Source: Raillietiella orientalis | Taxonomy: Eukaryota | Direction of reading: 5' to 3' | Length of the DNA stretch: 64,000 bases | NCBI GenBank assembly: GCA_036172245.1 | Contig: JAYWIR010000019.1 | Span: 3,224,001 to 3,288,000 of the forward strand | Part shown: positions 12,872 through 26,600 of the stretch, in pieces | Position numbering within the stretch: position 1 is the stretch's first letter | Layout of the letters: each line of letters begins with the position of its first letter | The notes under the pieces: model-generated | Seen by the model: the letters and a program-made list of their open reading frames with translations, nothing else | Told to the model about the DNA's origin: nothing | Databases searched by the model: none | Translations under genes and position numbers: made by a program

Positions 12872-15800
12872 AGGAAAACTGCTTGTTCAGTGACTCACGA
12901 CTCCCCCATCCAGCATGCTGTACAGCAAAAGAATTGGGCCTCTTAAGAGAGCTTTTGGACGTACTTCAGCTAATTACGGAATCGCATGGAAGCATTAGTT
13001 GGTGTTTTTTTTTCTTTTTGAAACAGCTTGACACGAAACTCATTAAAACCATTCTCGCATTTCATGGTACACGCCTTGTCTTCTGCAAATTTGTATGATT
13101 TATGTCACAGTTCTTAGTGAGCCATAGTAACCTATTTTAGGAACACGAGCTCTCGGGACGCCGTGTTTCTTGCTTGGGAATAGGAAAATGGAAAGTCCAA
13201 CACGAGTTTTGCCGAATTCACTTTTTCGTCGAGTGCGCGAGTAAATCCCTGAATTCCTCACTGTGGGCAAAGAGTCACTTTTCACCCAACGTCTGACCGC
13301 CGAGGTTTCCCGGATGGAAAGTCGCGTTCGGGATCACCTGCGGGAACTGAATCAAAGACTGCCCTTTTCGCTTCCACCCGCATCGGTTCTTCCCATTTTC
13401 AGCAGATGCACTCGAAACAAGCGAAACGAGGGGAGACGATCAAACCGAAGCAAATCTATCCCGAGGTGCGTGTGTTGGGGATGCCAGAAAGTTGGAAATG
13501 AGGGGAAAACCTGAGATACGTGTTGCGCTGCTGAGCTTCAGACTTAAGGACAGTACAGATCAGACCAAATTGCCTTACGGTGCGATTACATTCCGTGCCG
13601 TGAAAGGAGTACCATCACGAAAATTGCATCCTCGGAGCGCGTGAGCAAACTCTGCCTCGAGTACCACCAGCACACGGGCTCGTCGCCATGGCTACGAAGG
13701 TTCACTCAGCAAAACCAAGTGACCATCTCGGAATTCACGCGGACGGCCCATTTTGAAAAGTGGTGAAAGCTAGCTCGAAAATCTTGGAGAAGATTCGAAG
13801 CTGAACAAAAATGTGAGGTCTCCAAGTTTAATAAATAAAGATCGTTTTCCTTCCTCATGCTGCCCATTTGATTTATTTGCTGTTGTAGTGATATCCTGTT
13901 AATAACAGAAGCCGTGAAATGTTGTTCAATTCAATCTTCTTCCTTTTCTTGAGGCCTAAACGAACCGAGCTGCATACAGCAGTCTTTATGGAAGTGACTT
14001 CCAGCCAGCCTTCCAGATGCTGGCTTGGACCTTTCGATGCCAATCCTCACCGGCTGGAATGGAACCCGGGATTATGGTACGGTCTTCTTGTGCGCTTCTC
14101 GGTCTGTTTACGTCGCTGCGAGGAAAGCAGCGCTAAGGATACAGAATGGCAGCTCTCTGATTTTTCCAAAAGCCGTCCAGAGTGGAGGAACAGGCAAACG
14201 AAACCTCGATTTCAGGTCAGGGGCTATTTCCCGATTCCACGATTGCCATCTCCGAACCTACTGCAGGTGGGCACCAAGTGGGAATATCAGGCCCAACAGC
14301 CAGACTACAGAAACAGTGCTGCGAATTCAAAAAGGAAATCTCGACGCGCTGCATGAATTTTCGAGGAGAAACCCACTTTGCTTTTCCAGGAAATATGGAT
14401 CGTGGAACGTGAGGCTTCTAACATTGGACCTGAATGGAAATTGAAAACCGAATTCAGGTCCTTCCTTTGAGTACGCACACACATACACGTAGCGTTTGTC
14501 TTTTTGCCTGAATTTGTCACGATTCTTCTTTATCTTCTCATGATAGGTTGCTGGCTTTTGGACCCACGAATGCTGCTCTTCACTTGAATCTGTGGTAAAA
14601 GCGGCGCGGAAATGGAGAAACCCTGTGGATGCTTTAGGACGCCAAGTTTCATCCGTCGAGTGCACCGGCGGAAACGAACACACACACAAGTGATCGAATC
14701 GAACTTGAAACGAGATGAAATGATCTTTGCGAAAGCTGAATCCGTGTCCAGCACGTCCGGATCCGGCGGACGAGATCCGAGTTGCAGCATTTCATCCGTG
14801 GATGTTTCCTTCGCGCCGCGTGGTGTAGGCGCGGGCTGGAAGCTGGGATGAGATCCAGCGTTGAAGGTGCCGTATGGTAACCGTGACTCGTCTTTCTCTT
14901 TTTTTTTTTTTATTAAAGCTCAAGGGAGCTTCACTTTTTCGAGCACGGCCACTCTTGATAAAGCCGTGGACTGCTCCGATTTTCTCCCCGAAGATGCAAA
15001 ATTCTTCAAATTTTTTCTTTTCCACGTTACGAACGCCTGGAATTTCATTGACGTATCTTTCAGGCCTTAAAACCGAAAGCAAATTTCTAGCGACTAAACA
15101 CGCACGGCTATTCTACGAATTTCCAATCTTACACTTAAGTGCTGCTGTGCTTCTCTGCAATTCTGATTCCAACTTCTCTAATCATTTTATAAGATTGGCG
15201 GTTTTGCAAGAACTCAATTTGTCGTATTGGGACGCTCCATTCCTTTCGAGTTGTGTGTGCATACCAATGAAGAGTTGGTTTTGAAGACCAGGAGAGAGGA
15301 GGGGGGGGGGAAAAAAAAAAGAAAAAAAAAATACTTGGAAACTCTTTGATTAGCTTTGATACGATCGTTAAGGTATGGAATCAATAATTTTTGCCTCTAG
15401 TTTTTTTTGTTTTCGGAACATCGTGGCTCAGAACCGACGTCACAGGGCATGCTCGAAGATTCGAGAAATGATTTTGTAAGGAAACAAACCACGTGATGGA
15501 AAAAGACAAGCCGCAGCTCCTTGGCTTTCGAATAGCCGGACATTCACTTCGGTTATCTAAATCGGTATGCTATTCTGCTGCTGCCTGGTAACTGGCACAA
15601 ATGGGCAATTCGTTATCCTTGATTCTTGGTCGAACACAATTTTGTCCCCCATTAGCCGAAAAGTAATAAGCAAAGCTGTAAGTTGTTCAATGATGACACT
15701 TCTCTCAGGGAAATGCGATGGTCCGTGTAGTAAAGGGAGAAGAACAATGAAATATCTAATGACCTCTGAAGGTACTTCAGTCATGGAGCTTTCTAGCAAC

Positions 15801-15977
15801 GCTGATGATTTGTTGACTCTACGTAGAAAATGAAGCAAAAGTGAAAGGAAAGAAATTAAATTATCTGGACGCTTACTTTAAAAGAGTATCCATTTTCTGT
15901 AGGGAATTCTGGCGAGGAACTTTCTTTTAAAGACCTTTCAGAGCATTTGGGAGATAAAAAAAAAAAAAATATGAAAT

Positions 15978-15979
<2 letters not shown>

Positions 15980-16021
<42 letters not shown>
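15980..16021. repeat. (GT)21 microsatellite
   Basis: Direct inspection. Confidence 0.95.
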
Positions 16022-16023
<2 letters not shown>

Positions 16024-17055
16024 CATGTAGCTTGAGGACACCCTATGAGGGAACTTCGATAAATCGACATTAGGGGCGGGATCTATTTGAAAGCAAGATG
16101 GCCATCTTTCCAAAGTGAATTAATTTTCCCTTCCTTTCCCTCCTCGGCGATCTTATTGAGGCAGCTTACTTAGATTTAGAACATCGGCTGTTTTTCGGAA
16201 ACGCAATTTCTTCTATCGAGTGCACCTGCCTTTTGTGTCTCTGTCCACGTGACACATACACGCGTGTACACACACACACAAGCGTATTTGTGACACGCAG
16301 TGGCACTACATGAGCTTCACAGAAGTTCGCAGGGAGTGCTTTCAGCAAGGGAGGGGCGTTTTCATGGAGCAGTTTTGCCATGATCCTGTTCGGATGGACT
16401 CATGATTGTGGACGGAGGATCAAAGATGCAAAGCGGAAAACAAAGCGCAGAAAGGAGGTGGAAACTAATGATAATTTGCGGAGAGAGAGAGAGAGGGAGA
16501 GGGGGGGGGGGAGAGAAACCAAAGTTTATGGACTCTTAGAATCAAGTGGAATTTGTAAATAGAATAATCACCGAGAAATTACCTTCATAACTCAGATGAG
16601 CACTAAAAAAGTTGCATGTGGACAGGTCATCTGTCCTTATTAAGGTCTTCCCAATCCCAATGAGCGAACTCTGCAAATTCTTGGCTTGGGTGTTGGAATG
16701 AAACCCTTCTTACTTTCAGCGGTTTTCTTGGATTCTTTTTTTTTTTTTTTTTTCCCTCCGAGGCTGCCGCATTTGTTTGCCGAAAGCTCAGTGGTGGTTA
16801 AAACGATGGTTTCATCTCGAAACGGCAAAAGGAAGACAAACGACCAAATCTGCAGGGCTTTCGAAATTCTATACCTTGGAGCATTTTGAAAATATCCTCC
16901 GAGGACGATTGATTAAGCGATTTGCATTTAAATCAAAGACACGGAAAAAGCATTAAAGGTTTGTGGTAATTCATTTCCTCAGTGTGATCAAACCAAAAGG
17001 CAAGAAGAGCGACGGGGAACATCTCTCAGCTTTCCTGTACGTTAGCAATCTTCAG

Positions 17056-17090
<35 letters not shown>

Positions 17091-20000
17091 CACCTGTATC
17101 ATTCTTCCTCCATTTCATCTTACCACTCGAGTGTGCATAGGGAAAGAAGTAAGCAGAAGCCATTCTTAAATCATTTTTTTCAACGACAAATTACTTTTGG
17201 AATGGATGTTCTGATCACTCGGCAAGTCACTTTTGGGCATTTTTCTTAACGAACGAGGCTATTTTTAGAAAGGTTTGGGAAGGCAGCCCGAATTCTTTCG
17301 GATCTCTTCGGAATTTCACTCCGCTCCGAGAAATCCTCTTACCACCGTGGACTCGAACTTTGCATCCACGAAGTTTCCTTCGAAACCCCCATCCCTTAAG
17401 TTCAGGGAGTTCGAATTCGATTCCCCGCTCTCTCCCGTATGCTTTCGGAACTTTGTCATTGCATTGGAATGTCTTCGGCACCGTTTCTGTCAAATACCAT
17501 TGACGACTGGATGTGTTTTTTTTTTTTTTTTTTTTTCCTCCTCTTCTCTCTTCCCCCCCCCCCTTCCTTTTCCTTCTTTCTTCCTTTCCTTAAGAATGCT
17601 GGTGTTTGATTTTGAAACTAGTTGCATTCTGATCATTCGACTCGCAGCCTCTGGATCCGAGCTGCCAATGTTTTCGAATCCAAATGAGCCAGGCAAAAAA
17701 GGAAGCCCAGTGTCCGCTCCTTTTCCTGTCAACTGTTTAAGCGTCTTATTGATTGATCTTTAAACTTCGAATATTCAATGAATCTGATGTTGCGAAAGCT
17801 TCTCGGGGAGATTATGCTGTTTTATTCATCAAAATAAGCAGATTGTTTTTCAAGGAGTCTTTGTCTCTCCTCCCAATAGTTTTGTTTGCCTCGTGCGTGT
17901 TGGTGTTTTGACATGGTATTGTACCTTTTGATAGGATGTTTGTTTGTACCCTTTCGTGGCCAGAATTGATATTTTCGAAAACCCGACTTTCCCTTTTCTT
18001 ATTTTTCACACTTTGGTCAGGAATTCGTTCTGTTCCCGCCGACTCGAGCCGATGGATGGATGAAGTTCTCGGAGTCCCTTGTCCCGCGTCCTTTGCTTCC
18101 TCCCGTGTTCCACATGGCCCGCAGCGAACTCTTTCGTTTTACGGATGCTCGTCTCAAAGGGCAGGTGGGAAGCCGGTGTCTTCCACGTTCGCTCGTAGCC
18201 ACAGAAACGGGCTGCTTGAGCTCCAGCTCTTGCATCCGGAATCGAAAGAAAATAATCCCACTAGTAAAAAGTTCTTCGGCGGAATTCCGAAGTTTAACGC
18301 CAGGAGCGCTCTCTGTCTTCTGCCCTTTCTTGCATCCATCTCTTCTGCTTCAGCAGGAAAATCTTCAAACCTTTGATGAAGCAGCTTTCTCTGCATTTTA
18401 ACAAGGAATCCACGAATCAGTTCCGACGACAAAATTTTCATCCGGCATCTGAAATTGCCTTTCATTTTGTGGTCACGTATATCTTTTGCCTCTCTATCAT
18501 CTTTCAGTTAACCCCCCCCACACACACAACAAAAAAACACACACAAAAAAAAAATACAAAACAAAACAAAACGTCCTTCATTATTCACAAAATCCAACTT
18601 TGGATTTTTCAGCTGCAGTCAGCACCAGTTACTTTTGATGAATCACTCCTTCTCTCCGTTTTTTCTTTTTCTTTTTTTTTGATTCTCCCGTTTTTCTCGC
18701 TGCTTGCGAAGAGAGAATCATCAGAAACTCGCAAGGCTTTCAGTCCCCCGAAAAGCACTGCACAGAAGTTTTGTCTCCAGCAGTGTGTGTGGCAGTTTGA
18801 TGAGAGACCTGCGAAAAACTATGTGGACCAGGACGGGAGCCTTGCTCACCTCTGTAAATCAAGTTGCCAGGACACCGAAATGCAACCATTGCATCCGTAC
18901 CGCATGCGTTACTATCGCGTCGTGCCCCGAATCCAAGCCTTTAAACAAACAAACAAACAAAAAAAATTCCCTTCCTCTTGGAATATCAGGGGCGAAGGAA
19001 TCTCTTGCCGAGGCAGTGATCGAGGGAGCGCGTCCCGGCGTGGACGCAGTTGGCGTGGACGTTCAGCGGTCTGGAGGAAAGGAACCTCGAGGCCGACATC
19101 CCATCCAGAACTGTGCTGTCGTCATGTGGGAGGTTCGACTCCCTTTCGGAACGAGCGCACAAAAGAGGAATCCATCCAGGATCAGCGATTTCACTCCTGC
19201 TGACACTTTTTCTTTTAGATGGGAGCACTCCTCGATAAACGATCGCTTCTTGGGCGGCAGCTCCGGAGCGACGAGTCCCGCTATCGCCTCGCTTTTGTTC
19301 TTTTCCAGGCACGAGGCAACTCCGTCCGCGGAACGCGCTGAGCCACAGGATGGAGGTTCCAGTTCTTCTTCCTTAGAGGCACAGGGTTAGTCCTTCGTCA
19401 GACGGCTTCGGCCGGTCCCTGCTTTGCCCGGTTATGGCGACTTGGAGCGAGAGAGAGACAACCTGCTTTCGTCGAGACCTCGTCGGGCGCTTCCTTTCCC
19501 TGCTCCCCCATCGCGACTCCAAGAATCACCAGGAAGAGGGGAAGCACCGACTCGCGCATCCACGTTTCCACGCGTGTGCGCGCGCGTACGGCTCCGTTTC
19601 GCGCAATTCTTAAAGACATGGATGCACACCAAGAACTACTGATCTTTGCCGACGTGTTTCATCAGTTCATTAACACTGCGACTCTACGCTGTCCGATGAA
19701 GCTCACAAGAGGTTACGGAAAAAAGAAAGAAAAAAAAAAATGACAGAGAGAGAGAGACACACACACACACATCAGCATCGAAGGTAATAGAGGAATGCGC
19801 GCTAGAAGAAGAAAGGAAGGAAAAAAAATTTGCTTCCGTGAACTTTTGCATCTCGGTTTTCTCCAGCTGTTTCGGTACGTCCCAATATCAAGTAATCCGG
19901 GAAGTCTTCGCTCTTTCGGGATTCACTTTCTATTGTTTTTGCAATTCGCCAAAGTGGCTGGGAAGAACCTCATCGCGAAGCCGATCGCCGTCCTCGTTGG

Positions 20001-20374
20001 GGGGTACTTGGGAGGAGGGCAGGAAGGTCCAGAGCACGCACGTTTTCGCCTGAGATCTGGTTGCGGCGGCAAATCCGCCTTTCCAGTTGAGCGGGTCGGC
20101 TCAGCCTCCGACCGCATCCGAATCCACATGAGCCACTCGATCCATCGCTTCTTGCTATTTTCAAATTTCGGTTCCTCTAAATCCAGCTGGAGCCAAACGC
20201 GAAAACAGTCATTCTAAGGAAAAGCTGATCGTTCCGTGTTGAAATATTCCACATGTAAACAAAAAGTGTTTCTTTTTTTCTTTTTTTCTTTTCTTTTTTT
20301 TTTTTTTTATTATTTTTTTTAAAATCCAATCCTATTCAGGGAAGCACTTGACAAATATTTTCAACAAATATGAT

Positions 20375-20380
20375 TTTATT
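20375..20380 (-). promoter_or_regulatory. candidate polyadenylation signal (AATAAA) of grh 3' UTR
   Basis: Minus-strand AATAAA ~300 nt downstream of the grh stop; another lies near 20306-20311. Confidence 0.4.
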
Positions 20381-20684
20381 GTTAAACATTTCTTTGAAAA
20401 TTTTATAAAAATTATTCTCTCTTAACAACCAAGACTATTTCAGTTATAAATGATATTTCGATTCTTCGTGAATGAACGAAACAACATGTGCACTGTACCA
20501 GTGAATGTACATGCGCATATGCTCATGTAAACACACACACACACATGCACGTTTGTGTGTGCGCGCGCGCGCGTGTTTACATATGGATACACCATCTGTA
20601 TCCTGAGTGCATTTTAAAATTACAAAAATAGCATTAGAAAAATAAAGCTATTAACTGGTCTTCAGATTTCTTTCGTGTACTGGT

Positions 20685-20814
20685 CTAAGCTGGAGGCAAT
20701 TCTATCAAGGTGATGTCATGAAGACTGCTGCCTTCGACACACTGAATGTCAATCAAGAAGGTATCTTCATTGCAGTAATGTCTCAGCATTTCATCATCAA
20801 TTTTGGCAATCACC
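20685..20814 (-). CDS. grh: grh terminal coding exon L
   Basis: tttcactag|g VIAKIDDEMLRHYCNEDTFLIDIQCVEGSSLHDITLIELPPA TAG. Confidence 0.96.
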
Positions 20815-20874
20815 CTAGTGAAACAAGAAGGCCTCTGTTTGGCCCCATTTCTCTCTCTCGGACTCTTTGCTTAC

Positions 20875-20939
20875 CCTTTTCTGTTCTTCCTGTACAAAGT
20901 CTTCACTGCAGAGGGCAAAATCTGATATTTCACCTCCAG
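20875..20939 (-). CDS. grh: grh exon K (dimerisation domain)
   Basis: gatttcag| LEVKYQILPSAVKTLYRKNRK gg|gtaagc; followed by a 60-nt intron. Confidence 0.95.
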
Positions 20940-23237
20940 CTGAAATCATGCAAGAGATGAGAAGCAAAATTATTCCATCCAGCACAAGGCTGATCACATA
21001 TTCTTGCAAGCAACGCCTACAGGCAGTTGGCGTACGAAAACAACTGCTAATCGCTTCCATACCAGCTTGGACTGTCTTCTGGTCTTCCAGAAACCATCCC
21101 GTAATCGCCGCACCGTTTTACTGGAATTCTGCTTGCATTCGTGGATCGCGTCCAAATCGTGGTCGCGCAAATGTGGAAGGTGGATTTTTTTTTTTTTTTT
21201 TTTGTTCCCTTTTTCCATATAACGAAAGAGTGTGATTTGTGATAGGGACTTTGTCTGGCGAAGGAAACCATCCTGCACTCATCTCAAAGATCGAGGAGCG
21301 GAACGCGACCTGATTTAGCGTACACGTGAATTTCGGCGCGGGAATCGTACACCCGAAAGCAAGCTTGCTTCGATCTGTACCGGACGGCTCCATCCTGAAT
21401 TTTCCGAGTATCCACATTCTGGGCGAATCCACTAACTGGAGATGCGCTCCCGCTTTTAAAGGGTGTCAGCTGCACCGAGAAATGGACCCGCAGGTGTTAA
21501 GGTCGGCTGTGTACTTTCGCTAAGCATCCTGGAAGCTTCGGGCGTTTAAGCAGTTGCATCCCACATGAGAACATGCGCGTTTGCTTAAAGCAGAAGAGAC
21601 GACTGAAACAGTAACCTGTACGAAACCTGTACGACCTTATGAGGTTCCACTCTGATGCATCCCAAATCATGCAAGAGGTTCTCACGGGAACCCGTAGCGC
21701 AAGAAATCCACGCAGATGCACTAATCTAAGAAACACAAGGAACATAAATCTACGAGGTCAGCGTGAATTAAGGATGCGAGGGATTCGGTCGGCAGGGCGA
21801 AGTCCACCATTTAAACTGCCCGTGATTTTTCGTCATTGAAAACTCTTCGCAAAGAGGAATGTCTTTTGGAGTTTACAAAAAATGCTCTCACGTCTTTCCT
21901 GATCACATTCAGAAGATCACAAGCGTGGGTTCATTTGGACGACAGGGTGGATGCCAGGGATGGGATTTTACAGGAGCCTGGTGTTCACGTGAGGCTACCA
22001 GGTTACAGTCCATCAATTACAAAGCAGCATGCAAAGCAGCATGCACCAGGATGCTGGGAGCAGGGAAACAGAAAGTAGATCTCAACCACTTCACAGAAGC
22101 TCCTGATCGTATTTGACTGCTGCCATTTGAATTGTATTGCAACCAACCGCTAATGACGTGTTGAAATTTCTTGTGATATCATTACTGCTACACAGAATGT
22201 TAGGTGATGGATACAATAGTTGGACGGAAATGTTTTTTTTTTTCCACAGCAAGTTCTTTGCAAGATCTCAAACGTGGTCACAGCAATTATGCAAAGTAAT
22301 GAACCCGAAATGAAGGGTAGCTGCAAGAGATCTTTCCCAAATTTCGAAATGAAGCGGCAGTCGCTGTAGAGAAGAATCTCAAGCACCGATGCTTCGGTCA
22401 TCAGCACAGCCCCAAACATGAAAGATGATGGTTCGCTTCCGAAGATTTTCGATGAAGAAGTTGCGATGGAAACCACGCATGCGATCGTCGCCAAAACAAG
22501 TGATCCCTTGTTCAGGAGACAGCCATCCATCACGTTTCTCACCAGCCGACAAAGAATCACGGACGAAGGAATAATAACAAATCGGTTAATGCAGTTTTCC
22601 CATAGCGTTTCCTAGCAGCGAGTGTTTCCGAGCACTTAGGAAAGTAAATGCCCCAGCAGCGAATGAGGCTAAATGCAGGCGCGATTGCTGCTTTGATCTG
22701 CCACCAAAATAATTGCCAATTATCCCTACACAGTCCACACCCTTTCGTGCTTTTATAGAATGATTTGATATTGCGACAGCATCCATCCCAGTTGCATTCC
22801 GATTTATGCATTACGTTCGGATTGCGGACTTTCTCTTCATAAGCATATAAAATACAGCAGGTGGACTTTTTTCTGTATATGACACATATGAAAATTGCGT
22901 TTAATGTCATGAAGTTTTAAAGGGGCGGGCCCAAAAAAAATACAAAATAAAAGACTCACAAACAAGGTATTCACCTGCTATTCCTTGCCGAGTTGTTCTC
23001 GTGTTGGAACTCCTCTCGTTTCCCACACCCCTTCCCCAAGCAAAAGAAGTTGCTATGCGCACGTCCCAACCGATGCCTAATAGAACAACGCGTCAGCAGC
23101 GTTGGTTACGAGTCCCAGTCTCCGGGAACGGTTTTCCCGAACTTTTGAAACCCCGACGCCCCCTCTTTCGAATTCCTCATCCTCCCTTTGGTTACGAGGC
23201 ATGCAGCCGACTCTGCGACTCCTCCGACGTGACTCAC

Positions 23238-23433
23238 CGCTTTCAGTAGTCCCAGCGTCGACGGAGGAACCAGATGCAGAGGGGTATAGACAGTTTCCTC
23301 TTGCTGTTTGACAAACAGCATCAAACGTTCTGTGGGATGAACAAACGGCTTTGAACGTTTAAGGATCGGTGGGAAATAAAGACCATCTACAGACGATCCA
23401 TTCGATCCGTGGTCACTGGGTAACCGTTTGTCT
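23238..23433 (-). CDS. grh: grh exon J (start of dimerisation domain)
   Basis: ctaaatag|a DKRLPSDH...PPILKRSKPFVHPTERLMLFVKQQEETVYTPLHLVPPSTLGLLKA |gtgagt. Confidence 0.93.
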
Positions 23434-23542
23434 CTATTTAGCAACAAAGATGAAATGAATTGAGCATCTGAGATTTTGAAACAAATGTGGAAAGAAACTG
23501 AATGAGCATATAAAGCCAAAAAGATGCAAAGGATTTCATTAC

Positions 23543-23683
23543 CCTTGGAGCTGATGCGGGAAAACATTGTGGAACTTAAGCGAATAGCTGGTGTTCTTCA
23601 TTCCGGGACACAGCAATCCGTTGAAAGCAGCTGGGTTTAAGTTGCTGATCGAACTGAGATCACCGCTTTCTACGCTATTTATG
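23543..23683 (-). CDS. grh: grh exon I (linker, LKFHNVFP motif)
   Basis: gtgttcag|c INSVESGDLSS...KNTSYSLKFHNVFPHQLQ gg|gtaatg; LKFHNxFP matches the arthropod Grh linker; phase 2 to 2. Confidence 0.85.
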
Positions 23684-26600
23684 CTGAACACATGGGAGAG
23701 AAAAAAAAATCAGAAGGAACGGTGAACGAATAAATACATGCGTCTATTTTTGTTTTTTTGTTTGTTTGTTTTTTTAAAAAAAAAAAAAATAAAATAAAAT
23801 AATTTAACAGTTTCGAGTGAACTCGTTTACGTCGGTCCTTTAATGAACAGGAAGTCTGCGGAAGGTTGGTAAAAGCGCGCTGTAGTCGACTAAGACCACG
23901 ATGAAATGCGGCGGGAGGAGAGAGAGAGAGCCACCGTTTCGTTTTGGTCCAGAGTCAACCGTTTCGATCTGCGAGTTCTGAGCAAATAAAAAGAAGTAGC
24001 TCGCGCGCGTCATCTCTGATTTACCTCGGAAAAAATTCCAGGTGCGCGGTAATGAATTATTAAGAATAGAGTCTCCTCATCGTAAACAGAGCCGACCGAA
24101 CTCGGTCTTGTCAGATGCCAGTGGCTGGATGTGCAGCAGGCACACACGGGGGGGAGGGTGCGAGCGAGCGTTCGGAAAGATCGATATGAAACATGACCTC
24201 TCGCTCGCGCCAACCGAGGATTCCCATGTTCTTGTCTGCACTCTTTTGAGGCATCTTCCGTCGTAAACCACAAACGGCGATTCAATAAATAAATGCATAA
24301 ATTTCGATCGGAGGTTTTGAGTGAGATCCCGGGTGCCGGCGCGTTCGTCCGTCCCCTTTCGTCTTGAGCGGTATTCCGGTTTGCGTGTTGAGGGCAAAAC
24401 GCTTGCCGTCGAAGACCGGGTAAACACGAGGTTCGGGAGATGCCGATTCGGATGCAGCCGGTCTGTCGGTTATCTTCGGGGCCGACGGAGGAGGGGATGG
24501 ACGCTATGCGAAAATAAGAAATCAACGCGCGTCACGAGATGATTCACACCGCACGTGTTTGGGATTGGGCGCAGCTTTACAGGATGATCACCTCTTTTCG
24601 ACGGGGCGAGAAAAAAGACAAAGAAAGCTTGTCCCAAGACGTCATTCGGGAAACAACACTTCAAGGAAGAAACTGGGAACCTTTCCCCCCCCCCCTTTCC
24701 GGACTGTTCGGATCTGCAAGGCCAGCGTCGCTTGAGCTCAGGTCACATCACACAGGCGAAGGGGGAAGAGATCACTTTGTTAGTCGGTGATGGGAGCGGC
24801 CCGGCTCGGTGCGCGAACGGCAAAGGCTGCGGGCGGAAGTGAAATCGGGGTCCACGTCACCGGTTCCTCCTCACGGAGAACACCAAGGAGTCACACACTC
24901 TGAAGAGGCTCGCAGTCTCCAGGGATGCAACCCGTAGAAGAGGCGAGCGGAGTCTGAAGAGACGGAACTCGAGGCGTGTCCGTGTTTGTCCCGCGTGAAG
25001 TTGAGGATCTTCGAGGATGGGCGACACGTCGATTCTTCTAGGAGAGAAGCAAGGAGAGCTCAGCGGCGTCTTTCGGAGAAACTCCAGTTTTCTTTCGAGA
25101 CCGGGAACGACCCGATCGCAGGGACCAGATGAGGTTATGAGAACAGGATCCACTGCAACCGATAAGATATATGTATATATATATATATTTCCAGCAAAGC
25201 AAAGCAAGAGCAGCAGCAACATCTTGTACGGGAGAAAGCGTCTTAGATCTCGACTTTGGTACTTGGGTTACTCTATTTGTTCTCACGAGGAAGCAATTCA
25301 AAGCTGACCTCGATACCGATGCCTTTCATAAAGGAAATTCGGAGGTGGCTCTTCTATAAGAGCAAGCCAATTACGTCTCCTTCCTCAGAGGAGGAAGCAT
25401 CAGTTGGAATGTCAACATTTGGAAAACCACAACCGGAACAAAAGAAAGGTTGCAAGGCAGAAAGGTCTGGAGAGAGCGCAGGAACAGAGATGCAATGACA
25501 GATGGGTCGATTTTTCAAAGTCATGCCGACTCCGAGGTCGATTCGGTGAGCAGCGCGAGATCTGATTCCAGCTCCAGAACGTCTCCGTTCCAGCATCCAG
25601 ATGGTCGTTCAAGACACCGGCAAAAGCAATCTTCAGGTCGTCTTCTGGCAAACGACTCAAAGGGTTTCATCTCTAGCTTTGAAGACTCCAAGGTAGCAAG
25701 ACAAAAGGAGCAGCCACAGATGCAATCATTCGCAGGTCACAAACAAAAAATCGTGGGAGCAAAAAAAAAAAAAAAAAAAGAAAAAGAAAGAAGCCTGCTA
25801 CTTAACAAAGAGCATCATCATCTATTCTGTCCTCCGCGCCTTGGACCTCAAAGTTACCTAGGGACTATTTCAAGAATCTGAACGTAAATCATCGATGTTC
25901 CTTTCATACCCAAACCATTATCTCTTTACCTGGGTAGCAGGAGCTTGCGAAGGTCGCGAAGTGTGCAAGACGGATTTATTCAAGGGATGCAGATGGTGGA
26001 ATGCCGACGTTCTTCGAGAAAAGTAAATAAAAACAAGGAAAGAGACTGGAGGGATCGGGAGCGGTAATCCCGCAAGCTCGCGGACCGCGAAGATTGATGG
26101 ACGCTCAGGGTCTTCTTAGTTGCCCTGGTGGAGAACAGGGCGGCCAGAGCCGATTCCGTGTGGCTGCTGCTGCTTCGTCCGTATCGAGAGAGAGAGAGAG
26201 AATCGCAAGCTCGGGTCAGGAGGAAGTTTCTCGGAGGCTGCTTCCTCGGAATAATAAGGCCGCGGCGGCGGTTGCTATGGCCGCGGAAGATGAGATTGGC
26301 GGGGAGAGCCCAGAATATCTGGGATGGCTCTTCGCTGTTTACTCAGACTGCTTGGATGCTTTTAGCTTTTTCCTTTCTTTTTTTTTTTTCCTTCTTTTTA
26401 TGGTTCCCGTATCAGAAAATTTGAGACAATAAAGCGGACGAGGGAAAAAACTGGAAGGAGGGAAAAAGGAAAGCTGCCGATCGATAAAACGAACGCGCCG
26501 ATCTGGAAGCAGCGCAGCCTCCGACAAGCACGTGCGTGTACGTGCTGCAAGTACGCGGAGGCGGGTCATCGTCAAGATCCTTCCGAGGTAAAAGATGGGG

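Noticed and set aside
23238..23331. Shorter exon J starting at the internal cccacag acceptor
   Set aside because: Phase 1 is incompatible with upstream exons; the longer exon fits phase and homology
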